64,000 nt of DNA from Bdellovibrionales bacterium (lineage in GTDB: Bacteria; Bdellovibrionota; Bdellovibrionia; Bdellovibrionales; UBA1609): positions 17,641-81,640 of the forward strand of contig JAAOIH010000001.1 in NCBI GenBank assembly GCA_015163875.1. Reading direction: 5' to 3'. Position numbers and translations under genes: made by a program. The stretch's first letter is position 1. Each line of letters begins with the position of its first letter. This document shows positions 20,656 through 29,552 of the stretch, one piece after another. Under the pieces are notes generated by a model that was not told the DNA's origin, searched no databases, and worked only from the letters and a program-made list of their open reading frames with translations.

Positions 20656-21798
20656 ATGGATTTAATGAACATAATTATTAATGGTATTAAAATTATTTTT
20701 ATTTTTTTACTTATGGTACAAATTGTTCCATTACTTGTTTGGATTGAAAGAAGAGCCTCGGCCTTTATTCAAAATAGATTTGGCCCAAACAGAGTTGGAC
20801 CACTTGGGCTAACACAACTTTTAGCTGACTTAATTAAATTTTTATTTAAAGAAGAATTTATACCTAAAAATGCTAAAAAATCTTTATTTTATTTAGCGCC
20901 AATCTTGGCATTAATTCCAGGAGCATTAGCATTTGGGGCTATTCCACTTTCTGTTCCATTTACAATTCCAATTTTTTCTTTTTTTAGCAAAGAATTTGGC
21001 CCATACCTTATAGAATTTCAAAGTTATAATTTACATTTTTCGTTAGTGTTTATTTTGGGAGTATCTGCTTTGGGGGTATATTCTATATTATTAGCGGGCT
21101 GGGCTTCTGCAAATAAATATTCTTTATTTGGAGCATTGCGAGCGGCGGCCCAAGTAATTAGTTACGAACTTGCATTGGGAGTGTCTTTGGTTGGAGTTTT
21201 ATTAATTTATTCTACTTTTAATTTACAAACTATTATTAATGCACAACAGGGAGCTTTTGCTTTTTATTCAAGCGGATTATTGTACACAGTTTCTTTTTTA
21301 CCAAATTGGGGAATTTTTTTTCAACCACTTGGGTTTGTTTTATTTTTTATAGCAATTTTTGCAGAAACAAATAGACATCCATTTGATCTTCCAGAGGCCG
21401 AAGCAGAATTAGTTGCGGGATATCACACCGAATATGGCGGTTTAAAAATGAATATGTTTTACATAGCAGAATACGGGCATATGTTAGTTGGCTCTGCATT
21501 AATGACTGTTTTGTTTTTTGGAGGTTATCAAATTCCTTTTGTAAGCACTGCAGAGATTAGTCAATTTTTATCTTCTGCAGGAGTAAGCCTTGGGTGGCTT
21601 AGTTTTATAACATCAATGACATTGTTTTCTGTATTTATGATTAAAGTTTTTATTTTTTTATGGATTTTTATCTGGGTTCGTTGGACTTTGCCCAGATTTA
21701 AGTATGATCAATTAATGAAACTGGGTTGGACAAAATTATTACCACTGGGAGTTTTAAATACTGTTATTACTGCAATAATATTATTTATTTTAAAATAA
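20656..21798 (+). CDS. nuoH: NADH-quinone oxidoreductase subunit H
   Basis: WIERRASAFIQNRFGPNRVGPLGLTQLLADLIKF and ETNRHPFDLPEAEAELVAGYHTEY are NuoH/ND1 signatures. Confidence 0.95.
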   Translation: MDLMNIIINGIKIIFIFLLMVQIVPLLVWIERRASAFIQNRFGPNRVGPLGLTQLLADLIKFLFKEEFIPKNAKKSLFYLAPILALIPGALAFGAIPLSVPFTIPIFSFFSKEFGPYLIEFQSYNLHFSLVFILGVSALGVYSILLAGWASANKYSLFGALRAAAQVISYELALGVSLVGVLLIYSTFNLQTIINAQQGAFAFYSSGLLYTVSFLPNWGIFFQPLGFVLFFIAIFAETNRHPFDLPEAEAELVAGYHTEYGGLKMNMFYIAEYGHMLVGSALMTVLFFGGYQIPFVSTAEISQFLSSAGVSLGWLSFITSMTLFSVFMIKVFIFLWIFIWVRWTLPRFKYDQLMKLGWTKLLPLGVLNTVITAIILFILK

Positions 21799-21799
21799 A

Positions 21800-22318
21800 A
21801 TGTTTTATTTTTTTGCTATTTTACTTTTATTTTCTGCAATCATTGTAGTGTCTACAAAAAATTCTATGACTGCAATACTTGCACTAACGGGAACTATGAT
21901 TGTTCAGGCATTTTTATTTTTTTTATTAAAAGCTTATTTTTTAGGAGCCGTACAATTAATTGTGTACACTGGCGCTGTTATGGTTTTATTTGTAATGGTA
22001 ATTATGATTTTTAATAACGATAAAGAAGTTTTTAAAATACCAGAGCCACCAATGTCTGTATGGTTAAAAATTAGTGCAGTGGCATGGTTTTCTGGCTTAG
22101 TGTCTGGTATTTTTCTTATATCTAAAAATTCTTTGCACTTAACTTTAGTTACCGACTCAAATTTTTCAAATTTATTAAAAGACATGAGCATTAACGGGCT
22201 GTCGCAAGTTTTATTTACTAAATATCTTTTAGCCTTTGAAGTAATGGGAGTTTTTTTATTAGCAATTACAGTAGGAGTAATTTCTATTGCAAAATCTAGG
22301 GGAGGGACTCATGAGTAA
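21800..22318 (+). CDS. nuoJ: NADH-quinone oxidoreductase subunit J
   Basis: ND6-like TM pattern (GAVQLIVYTGAVMVLFVMVIM). Placed between H and K. Confidence 0.85.
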   Translation: MFYFFAILLLFSAIIVVSTKNSMTAILALTGTMIVQAFLFFLLKAYFLGAVQLIVYTGAVMVLFVMVIMIFNNDKEVFKIPEPPMSVWLKISAVAWFSGLVSGIFLISKNSLHLTLVTDSNFSNLLKDMSINGLSQVLFTKYLLAFEVMGVFLLAITVGVISIAKSRGGTHE

Positions 22319-22631
22319 TTTTTTAATTGCGGTGGGCCTGGAGCATTATTTAATTTTATCTATTTTATTATTTTCTATTGGAATGCTGGGATTCTTTTTT
22401 CACAAAAGTATTATCATGCTTCTTGTTTGTTTAGAATTAATGTTAAACGCAGTAAATTTATCTTTTGTAGCCTTTAGTCATTTTGCAAATAACATTAGCG
22501 GACAAGTTATGGTATTTTTTGCAATGAGCATTGCGGCAGCAGAAGTTGGAGTGGGGCTTGCCATTGCAGTTTTATTTTTTAAAAAGAAAAAATCTTTTGA
22601 TATAAGTGAAGTTGAAAAAATAAAAGGGTAG
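22311..22631 (+). CDS. nuoK: NADH-quinone oxidoreductase subunit K
   Basis: ND4L pattern (CLELMLNAVNLSFVAFS...IAAAEVGVGLAI). ATG 22311 overlaps the nuoJ stop, preceded by GGAGGG. Confidence 0.9.
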   Translation: MSNFLIAVGLEHYLILSILLFSIGMLGFFFHKSIIMLLVCLELMLNAVNLSFVAFSHFANNISGQVMVFFAMSIAAAEVGVGLAIAVLFFKKKKSFDISEVEKIKG

Positions 22632-22634
22632 TTT

Positions 22635-24557
22635 ATGCAAAATTTATTTTTTTCTTTAATTTTTATTTTTCCATTGGCAGGTTTTTTTATTAATGCCATT
22701 AGGTGGAATAGTAAAAAAGTACAATTATCTGGGTTTATAGCATCTGGCGCGGCACTTGGAAGTTTTGTGTCTGCATTGGTTTTACTTTTGCCATTTTTAT
22801 CCCAAGACGCATCTGAAAGAATTATAAATATTTATTTTTTTAACTGGCTTGAATTTGAATTTTTGTCAGTGCCATTTGGTTTTGTTTTAGATTCATTAAG
22901 CGGAATTATGACTTTAGTTATTACAGGTGTCGGAACATTAATTCATATTTTTAGCATATCATATATGTCAGGCGACGACCGCCCTGCAAAATATTTTTCT
23001 TATTTAAACTTTTTTTTATTTAATATGTTAATTTTAGTTTTAGCAGATAACCTGCTATTAACTTTTGTAGGATGGGAGGGAGTGGGGCTGTGTTCTTATT
23101 TATTAATTGGCTTTTGGTTTTCTGACATTCAAAAAGCAAAAGCTGGAATGAAGGCATTTATTGTAAATAGAATTGGAGACGCAGGGTTTTTACTAGGCCT
23201 GTTTGGTTTGTTCTCTATTTTTGGAAGTTTAAATTATGCAGAAATTTCTGTAGCCGCCGCAAATACTTCACCAGAAACTTGGGGAGTATTAAGCCTTGCT
23301 TGTTTATTTTTATTTATTGGAGCAGCAGGAAAGTCTGCACAAATTCCACTTTTTGTTTGGCTGCCAGACGCAATGGCTGGCCCCACTCCAGTTTCTGCAT
23401 TAATTCACGCCGCAACTATGGTGACATCTGGAATTTATTTAATTGTTAGGTTAAGTTCTGTTTTTATTTTAGTGCCAAACATATTACATATTATTGCAAC
23501 AGTTGGAGTAATAACTATGTTGCTTGCAGCAAGTATTGCAATTACACAAAAAGATATTAAAAAAGTATTAGCATATTCTACTGTTTCGCAATTAGGGTAT
23601 ATGTTTATAGCTGTTGGAGTAGGGGCTTTTTCTGTAGCAATGTTTCATTTAATTACTCATGCATTTTTTAAAGCACTAATGTTTTTAGGCGCAGGGTCTG
23701 TTATTCATTCTATGAGAGGCGAGCAAAATATGGATAAAATGGGTGGGCTAAAAAAATATATGCCAATTACTTATTATACTTTTTTAATGGGCTGGCTTGC
23801 TATTATTGGAACTCCTTTTTTCTCTGGATTTTTTAGCAAAGATGAAATTTTATTTTATAGTTTTGCAAGTCCGCTAGGGCATCCGCTATTATGGCTTTTA
23901 TCTGTTTTAGGTGCGGGCTTAACAGCTTTTTATATGACAAGATTAATGTCCTTAACTTTTTGGGGTAAAGAAAAATTTGATTCTAATGTTAAGCCTCACG
24001 AGGGAGATAAATTTATTACAATCCCGTTAATTATTTTATCTATTTTAAGTATATTTGCTGGTTTAATTTCTGTTCCACATTTAATTAGCAAAACAATGTT
24101 GGGACATATTCCAAATTTTTTACAAAATACATTGGCACTTATTGCCCCAAATATACAGGCTATTTATATGTCACCTGCTCAAGAATTTTTATTAATGTTT
24201 GCTTCTGTTTTTGTAGCTGGCTTGATGGCCGCGTTGGCATTTGTATTTTATATTAAAAAAACTTCTTTACCAAAAATATTATCTAACAAATTTAAAGTAA
24301 TATATAATTTATCATTGTCTAAATATAAAATAGACGAAGGCTATAATAAAATAATAGTGCTGCCATTACAGTATATATCTAAGTCTTTATCAGACATGGA
24401 TAAATTATTTATTGATGACATTACTTTTAAGCTTAGTAATTTTGTTCAAAAATTAGGATCTGGATTTTGTTTTTTACAAAATGGAAAGCTGCAAAGCTAT
24501 GCATTTTATTTTGTTTTAGGATTAGGCGTAATTGTTGGGTGTTTTTTTATTACTTAA
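22635..24557 (+). CDS. nuoL: NADH-quinone oxidoreductase subunit L
   Basis: 640 aa ND5-type antiporter-like subunit (GWEGVGLCSYLLIGFW, AGKSAQIPLFVWLPDAMAGPTPVSALIHAATMV) with C-terminal extension. Confidence 0.95.
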   Translation: MQNLFFSLIFIFPLAGFFINAIRWNSKKVQLSGFIASGAALGSFVSALVLLLPFLSQDASERIINIYFFNWLEFEFLSVPFGFVLDSLSGIMTLVITGVGTLIHIFSISYMSGDDRPAKYFSYLNFFLFNMLILVLADNLLLTFVGWEGVGLCSYLLIGFWFSDIQKAKAGMKAFIVNRIGDAGFLLGLFGLFSIFGSLNYAEISVAAANTSPETWGVLSLACLFLFIGAAGKSAQIPLFVWLPDAMAGPTPVSALIHAATMVTSGIYLIVRLSSVFILVPNILHIIATVGVITMLLAASIAITQKDIKKVLAYSTVSQLGYMFIAVGVGAFSVAMFHLITHAFFKALMFLGAGSVIHSMRGEQNMDKMGGLKKYMPITYYTFLMGWLAIIGTPFFSGFFSKDEILFYSFASPLGHPLLWLLSVLGAGLTAFYMTRLMSLTFWGKEKFDSNVKPHEGDKFITIPLIILSILSIFAGLISVPHLISKTMLGHIPNFLQNTLALIAPNIQAIYMSPAQEFLLMFASVFVAGLMAALAFVFYIKKTSLPKILSNKFKVIYNLSLSKYKIDEGYNKIIVLPLQYISKSLSDMDKLFIDDITFKLSNFVQKLGSGFCFLQNGKLQSYAFYFVLGLGVIVGCFFIT

Positions 24558-24580
24558 TATAAAAACTAAAAAGGAAGTTT

Positions 24581-26092
24581 ATGAGTTTATCGTTATTAAT
24601 TTTTTTTCCACTAATTGGTATTTTTCTTAGCTTTTTTGTACCAAGCTTGTATGGAAAGCGAATAGTATTATTTTCAACAGCTGTTATTGAATTTTTATTA
24701 TCAGTTAAATTATTATTTGCATTTAACACACAAACCGCTGCGCTACAGTTTGTAGAAAAACAAGAGTGGATTTCTTCTTTCGGAATTTCTTATTTTTTAG
24801 GGGTAGACGGCCTGTCTATTGGATTAGTTTTGTTAACAAGTTTTTTAACATTGCTAATTTTTATTTATTCGTGGAAAAAGCGCGAGCTTAGTTTTTTATC
24901 AGCATTTTTAATTTTAGAACTAGCCTTAATGGGAAGTTTTTTGTCTATTGATGCAATTTTATTTTATATTTTTTTTGAGATATCTTTATTACCAATGTAT
25001 TTTATTGTTGGGCTATGGGGGGGAGAGAGAAAAATTTATGCCTCATATAAACTTTTAATTTATACCTTGGCAGGCTCTTTATTTATGTTGCTTGGAATAA
25101 TTTATATGATGAACTTAACTAAATTAGAATTAGGTAATTTTAGCAGCAATTTATTAGACTGGTATAAATTAGACATTCCATTTATTGCAGGAACATTATT
25201 TAGCACACAAAGTTTATTATTTTTTATTTTTTCTATAGCCTTTGCAATTAAAATTCCGCTATTCCCCCTGCACACATGGTTGCCAGACGCACATGTAGAG
25301 GCGCCCACCGAGGGCTCAATGATGCTTGCGGGATTAATGTTAAAACTTGGAGTTTATGGATTTTTTAGATTTGTGTTGCCAATTTTTCCAGAAGCTTCGC
25401 AATATTGGGGCTGGCTATTTATTTTTATAGGAGTGCTTGGAATTATTTATGCGTCTTTAATTGCAATGGTTCAAACTGATATAAAAAAATTAATTGCGTA
25501 TTCATCTATCGCACATATGGGTTATGTTATAATTGGACTTTTTAGTTTTAATATTTTTGGTTTAACTGGGGCTTATTATCAAATGTTAGCACATGGTATT
25601 ACAAGCAGCGCCTTATTTTTTATGGTTGGTTTAATTTATTATAAAACAAAAACTAGACAAATAAAAGATTACGGAGGCCTGGCATCTGTAGCACCCTACT
25701 TTAGTATTTTATTTTTTATTTTTACATGTGCAAGCATGGCGGTACCATTAACAAGTGGTTTTGTTGGAGAGTTTTTAATTTTAATTGGAGCATTTAAGCT
25801 AAGCCCAATTATTGCATACTTTGCAGTCTTGGGCGTTATACTTGGTGCAAGCTATATGTTGATTTTATATAAAAAAGTATTTTTTGGAAAAATATCAACA
25901 CTTTATAAAGATACTTCTTTAAATTTAGATTTATGCTTAAAAGAAAAATATATTTTAGTAATTTTAGCAGTAGTTGTTTTTTCTATGGGGATTTTTCCAC
26001 AAATATTTTTAAAATATTCTAATATTAGTTTGCAACATTTAAATAAAAATTATCAAAACTATAACTTATCGTTAGAGCAGGAGAATAAATAG
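24581..26092 (+). CDS. nuoM: NADH-quinone oxidoreductase subunit M
   Basis: ND4-type (IKIPLFPLHTWLPDAHVEAPTEGSMMLAGLMLKLG). Confidence 0.9.
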   Translation: MSLSLLIFFPLIGIFLSFFVPSLYGKRIVLFSTAVIEFLLSVKLLFAFNTQTAALQFVEKQEWISSFGISYFLGVDGLSIGLVLLTSFLTLLIFIYSWKKRELSFLSAFLILELALMGSFLSIDAILFYIFFEISLLPMYFIVGLWGGERKIYASYKLLIYTLAGSLFMLLGIIYMMNLTKLELGNFSSNLLDWYKLDIPFIAGTLFSTQSLLFFIFSIAFAIKIPLFPLHTWLPDAHVEAPTEGSMMLAGLMLKLGVYGFFRFVLPIFPEASQYWGWLFIFIGVLGIIYASLIAMVQTDIKKLIAYSSIAHMGYVIIGLFSFNIFGLTGAYYQMLAHGITSSALFFMVGLIYYKTKTRQIKDYGGLASVAPYFSILFFIFTCASMAVPLTSGFVGEFLILIGAFKLSPIIAYFAVLGVILGASYMLILYKKVFFGKISTLYKDTSLNLDLCLKEKYILVILAVVVFSMGIFPQIFLKYSNISLQHLNKNYQNYNLSLEQENK

Positions 26093-26094
26093 TT

Positions 26095-27648
26095 ATGAAT
26101 ATTTTATTTAATTTGCCGCAAGTTTTTGTTCTACTGCCATTAATTTTTTTATTTATTGCGGCATTAGTACCAATAAGTATTAAAGTAACAGGCGCTAACT
26201 TGTCACATAACTTTATAACAATCGAAGTTTTACTGGGCATTTTGTTATCTATCGTGTCTATTTTTGTATTTTCGTCACAACAGTCTTTAATTTTATTTAA
26301 TTCTTTAAAGTTAGACGACATTGTAGAATACTCGGCTGCACTAGTTTTAGTTAGTTTATTTGTTAGCATATTATTTTTAAAAAATAACCAAAGCTTTACC
26401 GCCCATCAATTTGAAGAAAAGATTTTTTTATTATTAAATTCAGCAATAGGGCTAATTATAATGTTATGGGCAAATGATTTGCTGTTAATGTTTATTGGAC
26501 TAGAATATGCTTCTCTGTCTTTGTATATTTTAATTTTATTAAGCAAAAACTCCTCTTTTAGCAAAGAGGCCGCTATTAAATATTTTTTGTTAGGAAGTTT
26601 TTTATCAGTAATTTTATTATATGGATTAAGTTTTATTTACGGCTCTGTTGGAAGCTTGTATTTTAGCGAACTCTTAAGTGTTTCACATAATATTTTTTCT
26701 ATGAGCAGGTTATTTTCATTGGGCATTTTATTAGTTTTTGCTGGATTATTTTTTAAAGTTGCAATTTTTCCATTTCACTTTTGGTTGCCAGATGTATACG
26801 AAGGAGCAGAAACTGCCGTAGTTAGTTTTATGGCGTCATCTTTTAAATTAGTTATATTTATTATTTTATTAAAACTTGCGTATTTAGACATCGCCTTTGG
26901 CCCGCATGGACAATCTTTATTAAATATTTTTGAGTGGATGTCTGCACTAACTATTTTAATTGGGAGTGTTGCCGCACTAAAACAAACTAAATTAAAAAAA
27001 ATTCTTGCATACTCTAGCATTGCGCATTCTGGTTATTTACTAATTGCAGTTATTGTAGCCATGAGAGAAGAGTCATCTTATGCTTTAATGTCTAGTCTGT
27101 ATTATTTGTTATCTTATTGCACGCTAACTGTAGCGGCATTTGGAATTGTCAGTTATTTAGAACAATGCAAATTACAAAATAATTTAGATAAAAATAATAC
27201 TAGTGACGAAGACCAAGAGCCCGTGCTTTTAGTTTCTGATTTAAAGTCTTTGCTTTATACAAAGCCTGCACTGTCTGTTAGTTTTATTATTGTTCTTTTA
27301 GGACTTGCAGGCTTGCCTCCTACATTTGGTTTTTTTGCTAAATTTTTAGTGTTACTTTCTGCATTAAACGAGCAAATGTTTTGGCTAAGTATTTGGGCGA
27401 TAATAGGCTCTATTATTAGCCTATATTATTATTTTAAACCGATTATTAGCATGTGCAGCTTAGATAATGATAAATTAGACACAGTTTTTTTAAAAAAAGA
27501 TTCTACAAAAAATATTTTTTGGAACAAAACACATTTATTTTCTATTGTTGTTTTGGCATTTCTTAGTATTTCTTTGGGCTTTTTTTCGCAAGATATTATT
27601 GAGTTTTTATCGCAAATATCAAATGCGTTTATAGAATATAAAATTTAA
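26095..27648 (+). CDS. nuoN: NADH-quinone oxidoreductase subunit N
   Basis: ND2-type (FKVAIFPFHFWLPDVYEGAETAVVSFMAS). Last gene of the block. Confidence 0.85.
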   Translation: MNILFNLPQVFVLLPLIFLFIAALVPISIKVTGANLSHNFITIEVLLGILLSIVSIFVFSSQQSLILFNSLKLDDIVEYSAALVLVSLFVSILFLKNNQSFTAHQFEEKIFLLLNSAIGLIIMLWANDLLLMFIGLEYASLSLYILILLSKNSSFSKEAAIKYFLLGSFLSVILLYGLSFIYGSVGSLYFSELLSVSHNIFSMSRLFSLGILLVFAGLFFKVAIFPFHFWLPDVYEGAETAVVSFMASSFKLVIFIILLKLAYLDIAFGPHGQSLLNIFEWMSALTILIGSVAALKQTKLKKILAYSSIAHSGYLLIAVIVAMREESSYALMSSLYYLLSYCTLTVAAFGIVSYLEQCKLQNNLDKNNTSDEDQEPVLLVSDLKSLLYTKPALSVSFIIVLLGLAGLPPTFGFFAKFLVLLSALNEQMFWLSIWAIIGSIISLYYYFKPIISMCSLDNDKLDTVFLKKDSTKNIFWNKTHLFSIVVLAFLSISLGFFSQDIIEFLSQISNAFIEYKI

Positions 27649-27684
27649 AAATACTATATTTAATAAAAATACTAACAGTAATTT

Positions 27685-28890
27685 TTATTTTAAAGCAGAC
27701 ATTCCAGCTTTTAGGCCTTTTTTAAATGCGTAACTTAATAATTTTTTATTTAAACTAATATGATCTGACCAAAAAAGCCGATAGTCAGTTTTTTCTGGCT
27801 GAATATAAATATACTTTGTATTTTGCTTAAAATTTATTTTTTTTTCTATTATATTAAAAATTTTATCTTTTTCTTCTCCGCTTAATTTTAAACTATCTAA
27901 ATATTTTTTTAAATTGTTAAAAGTATTGTGGAGTTGTGCCTTTCTATCTTTTTCTGTTTTATTTTGTTTATAAATTAATTGATATATTGCCTGAGTTAAA
28001 ATAAACGGAATTCCATGTTTTGATAAAGACCCCTTACTTTCGTGATAGTGATATGGAATAATTGGATTAGACATCACAACTATATCGGCCATTTGAATAT
28101 CTGCTATTTTAGGAGCTAAATCTTCTAAAATTCCACCGTCATAAAAAAATTGTGTATCTTTTTTATTAGTAATTGGATATGGAGAAAAAATACCCGGCAT
28201 TGCAGTGCTTGCGGCAATTGCCTCGCTTATAAGTCCGTAGTCTGCGTATTCAATTTCTGGATACTTTTTTTTATATTTTGAAAAAGCCATTAAACCAAGC
28301 TCGTCTAGTTTTGAACATAAAATAAAAAGATCAACTCCAAGTTGTTTAAATTCATTTTTTGATCCAACTTTATTTTTAAAATATTTTTCTATTTTATTGG
28401 GAGATAAAATTCCACTAATTGGAAGGTAGGCTTTTAATAATGACTCTAGGCTAAATGTTTTTGTTAGCGCATTAAAAGAAACAAAAGATTTTAATAAATT
28501 TTTTCCCTCATCAAGGCTTAAGTTAAAAGAAAATAGATCTCTATATTTAATTGCAGGAAGTTTTTCGGTAGACTTTTTAAACCAACTGTGATTAAAAAAA
28601 TTTACATCTTCCTTATCAATAGTTGCTTTTAAAATATCCTCAATGCTGTAGCCCTTTGCCAAAAAACTACAAATAATAGCACCAGCACTAGACCCAATAT
28701 ATGTTTGAAATACGGGCTGATTTTTTGATAGACTTAATGTTTCTTTTACTTCTTTTTGAGTGCCTCCAGAAAATACAAATCCCTTTTCTTGAAGAGCCAC
28801 ACATACTCCAGCATGAAACGCGGCAGCCTTAGTTCCACCACCTCCCAAAACAAGGGCTGGTTTTTTATATTGATCAAATGTTGTAGGCAT
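27685..28890 (-). CDS. patatin-like phospholipase
   Basis: Oxyanion GGGGTKAAAFHAGV, nucleophile elbow GSSAGA, catalytic DGG (FYDGGILED). Confidence 0.85.
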   Translation of the reverse strand: MPTTFDQYKKPALVLGGGGTKAAAFHAGVCVALQEKGFVFSGGTQKEVKETLSLSKNQPVFQTYIGSSAGAIICSFLAKGYSIEDILKATIDKEDVNFFNHSWFKKSTEKLPAIKYRDLFSFNLSLDEGKNLLKSFVSFNALTKTFSLESLLKAYLPISGILSPNKIEKYFKNKVGSKNEFKQLGVDLFILCSKLDELGLMAFSKYKKKYPEIEYADYGLISEAIAASTAMPGIFSPYPITNKKDTQFFYDGGILEDLAPKIADIQMADIVVMSNPIIPYHYHESKGSLSKHGIPFILTQAIYQLIYKQNKTEKDRKAQLHNTFNNLKKYLDSLKLSGEEKDKIFNIIEKKINFKQNTKYIYIQPEKTDYRLFWSDHISLNKKLLSYAFKKGLKAGMSALK

Positions 28891-29025
28891 AGAATATCAG
28901 CTTATAAAGTTGTAATATTTAGTACAAGAAAATACTAATCTGCTTAATATGAGTAGTCAAAAAAAATAATGCATAATGGCAAAATCTAGTTGCTCTTTTT
29001 ATTAGCTCTGTTAATCTAAAAGGGA

Positions 29026-29529
29026 ATGGAGGATCTTTTGGACACTTGGCTATCCTTAAATGAATACTCAAATAAGTATCGAGTTAGCTTATCTACTTTA
29101 CGCCGTCGGATTAAATCTGACAAAGTAGAATTTGCATTTCGATATGGTAAGTATTTTTTAAAAGATGTGTCTTTACAAGGAAGAGCTTCTATATCGTTCC
29201 CTCACACACCTAAACCTCCTGTTTTAAAGCCAAAAAACAGAGAGGCTTTAATAAAAAAAGCTTCTTCTTCTGATACAAAAAAAAATGTTTTTTCTAAAAC
29301 AGATTTGTCTGCCTATAGTTTTTTTAATATTGATAAAGACATAGCTTTAGAGACAGAAGACACAGATCAAGTTTTGACTAGTCACAATCAAGCAGAATCT
29401 GAAGAAGGCCTTCAGTTACCAACGGTTCAAAATGACTACAAAATGATTATTCAAAAACAAAAAGATCAGATCACAAAATTACATGGCGAAATAGACGATC
29501 TTAAAACTTTGATAATGGCCCTAGAATAA
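29026..29529 (+). CDS. hypothetical protein with N-terminal excisionase/MerR-like HTH and C-terminal coiled coil
   Basis: WLSLNEYSNKYRVSLSTLRRRIKSDKVEF resembles a winged-HTH DNA-binding segment; the rest is low complexity. Function not recognised. Confidence 0.4.
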   Translation: MEDLLDTWLSLNEYSNKYRVSLSTLRRRIKSDKVEFAFRYGKYFLKDVSLQGRASISFPHTPKPPVLKPKNREALIKKASSSDTKKNVFSKTDLSAYSFFNIDKDIALETEDTDQVLTSHNQAESEEGLQLPTVQNDYKMIIQKQKDQITKLHGEIDDLKTLIMALE

Positions 29530-29552
29530 AAAAATTTTATTAAACATAAACA

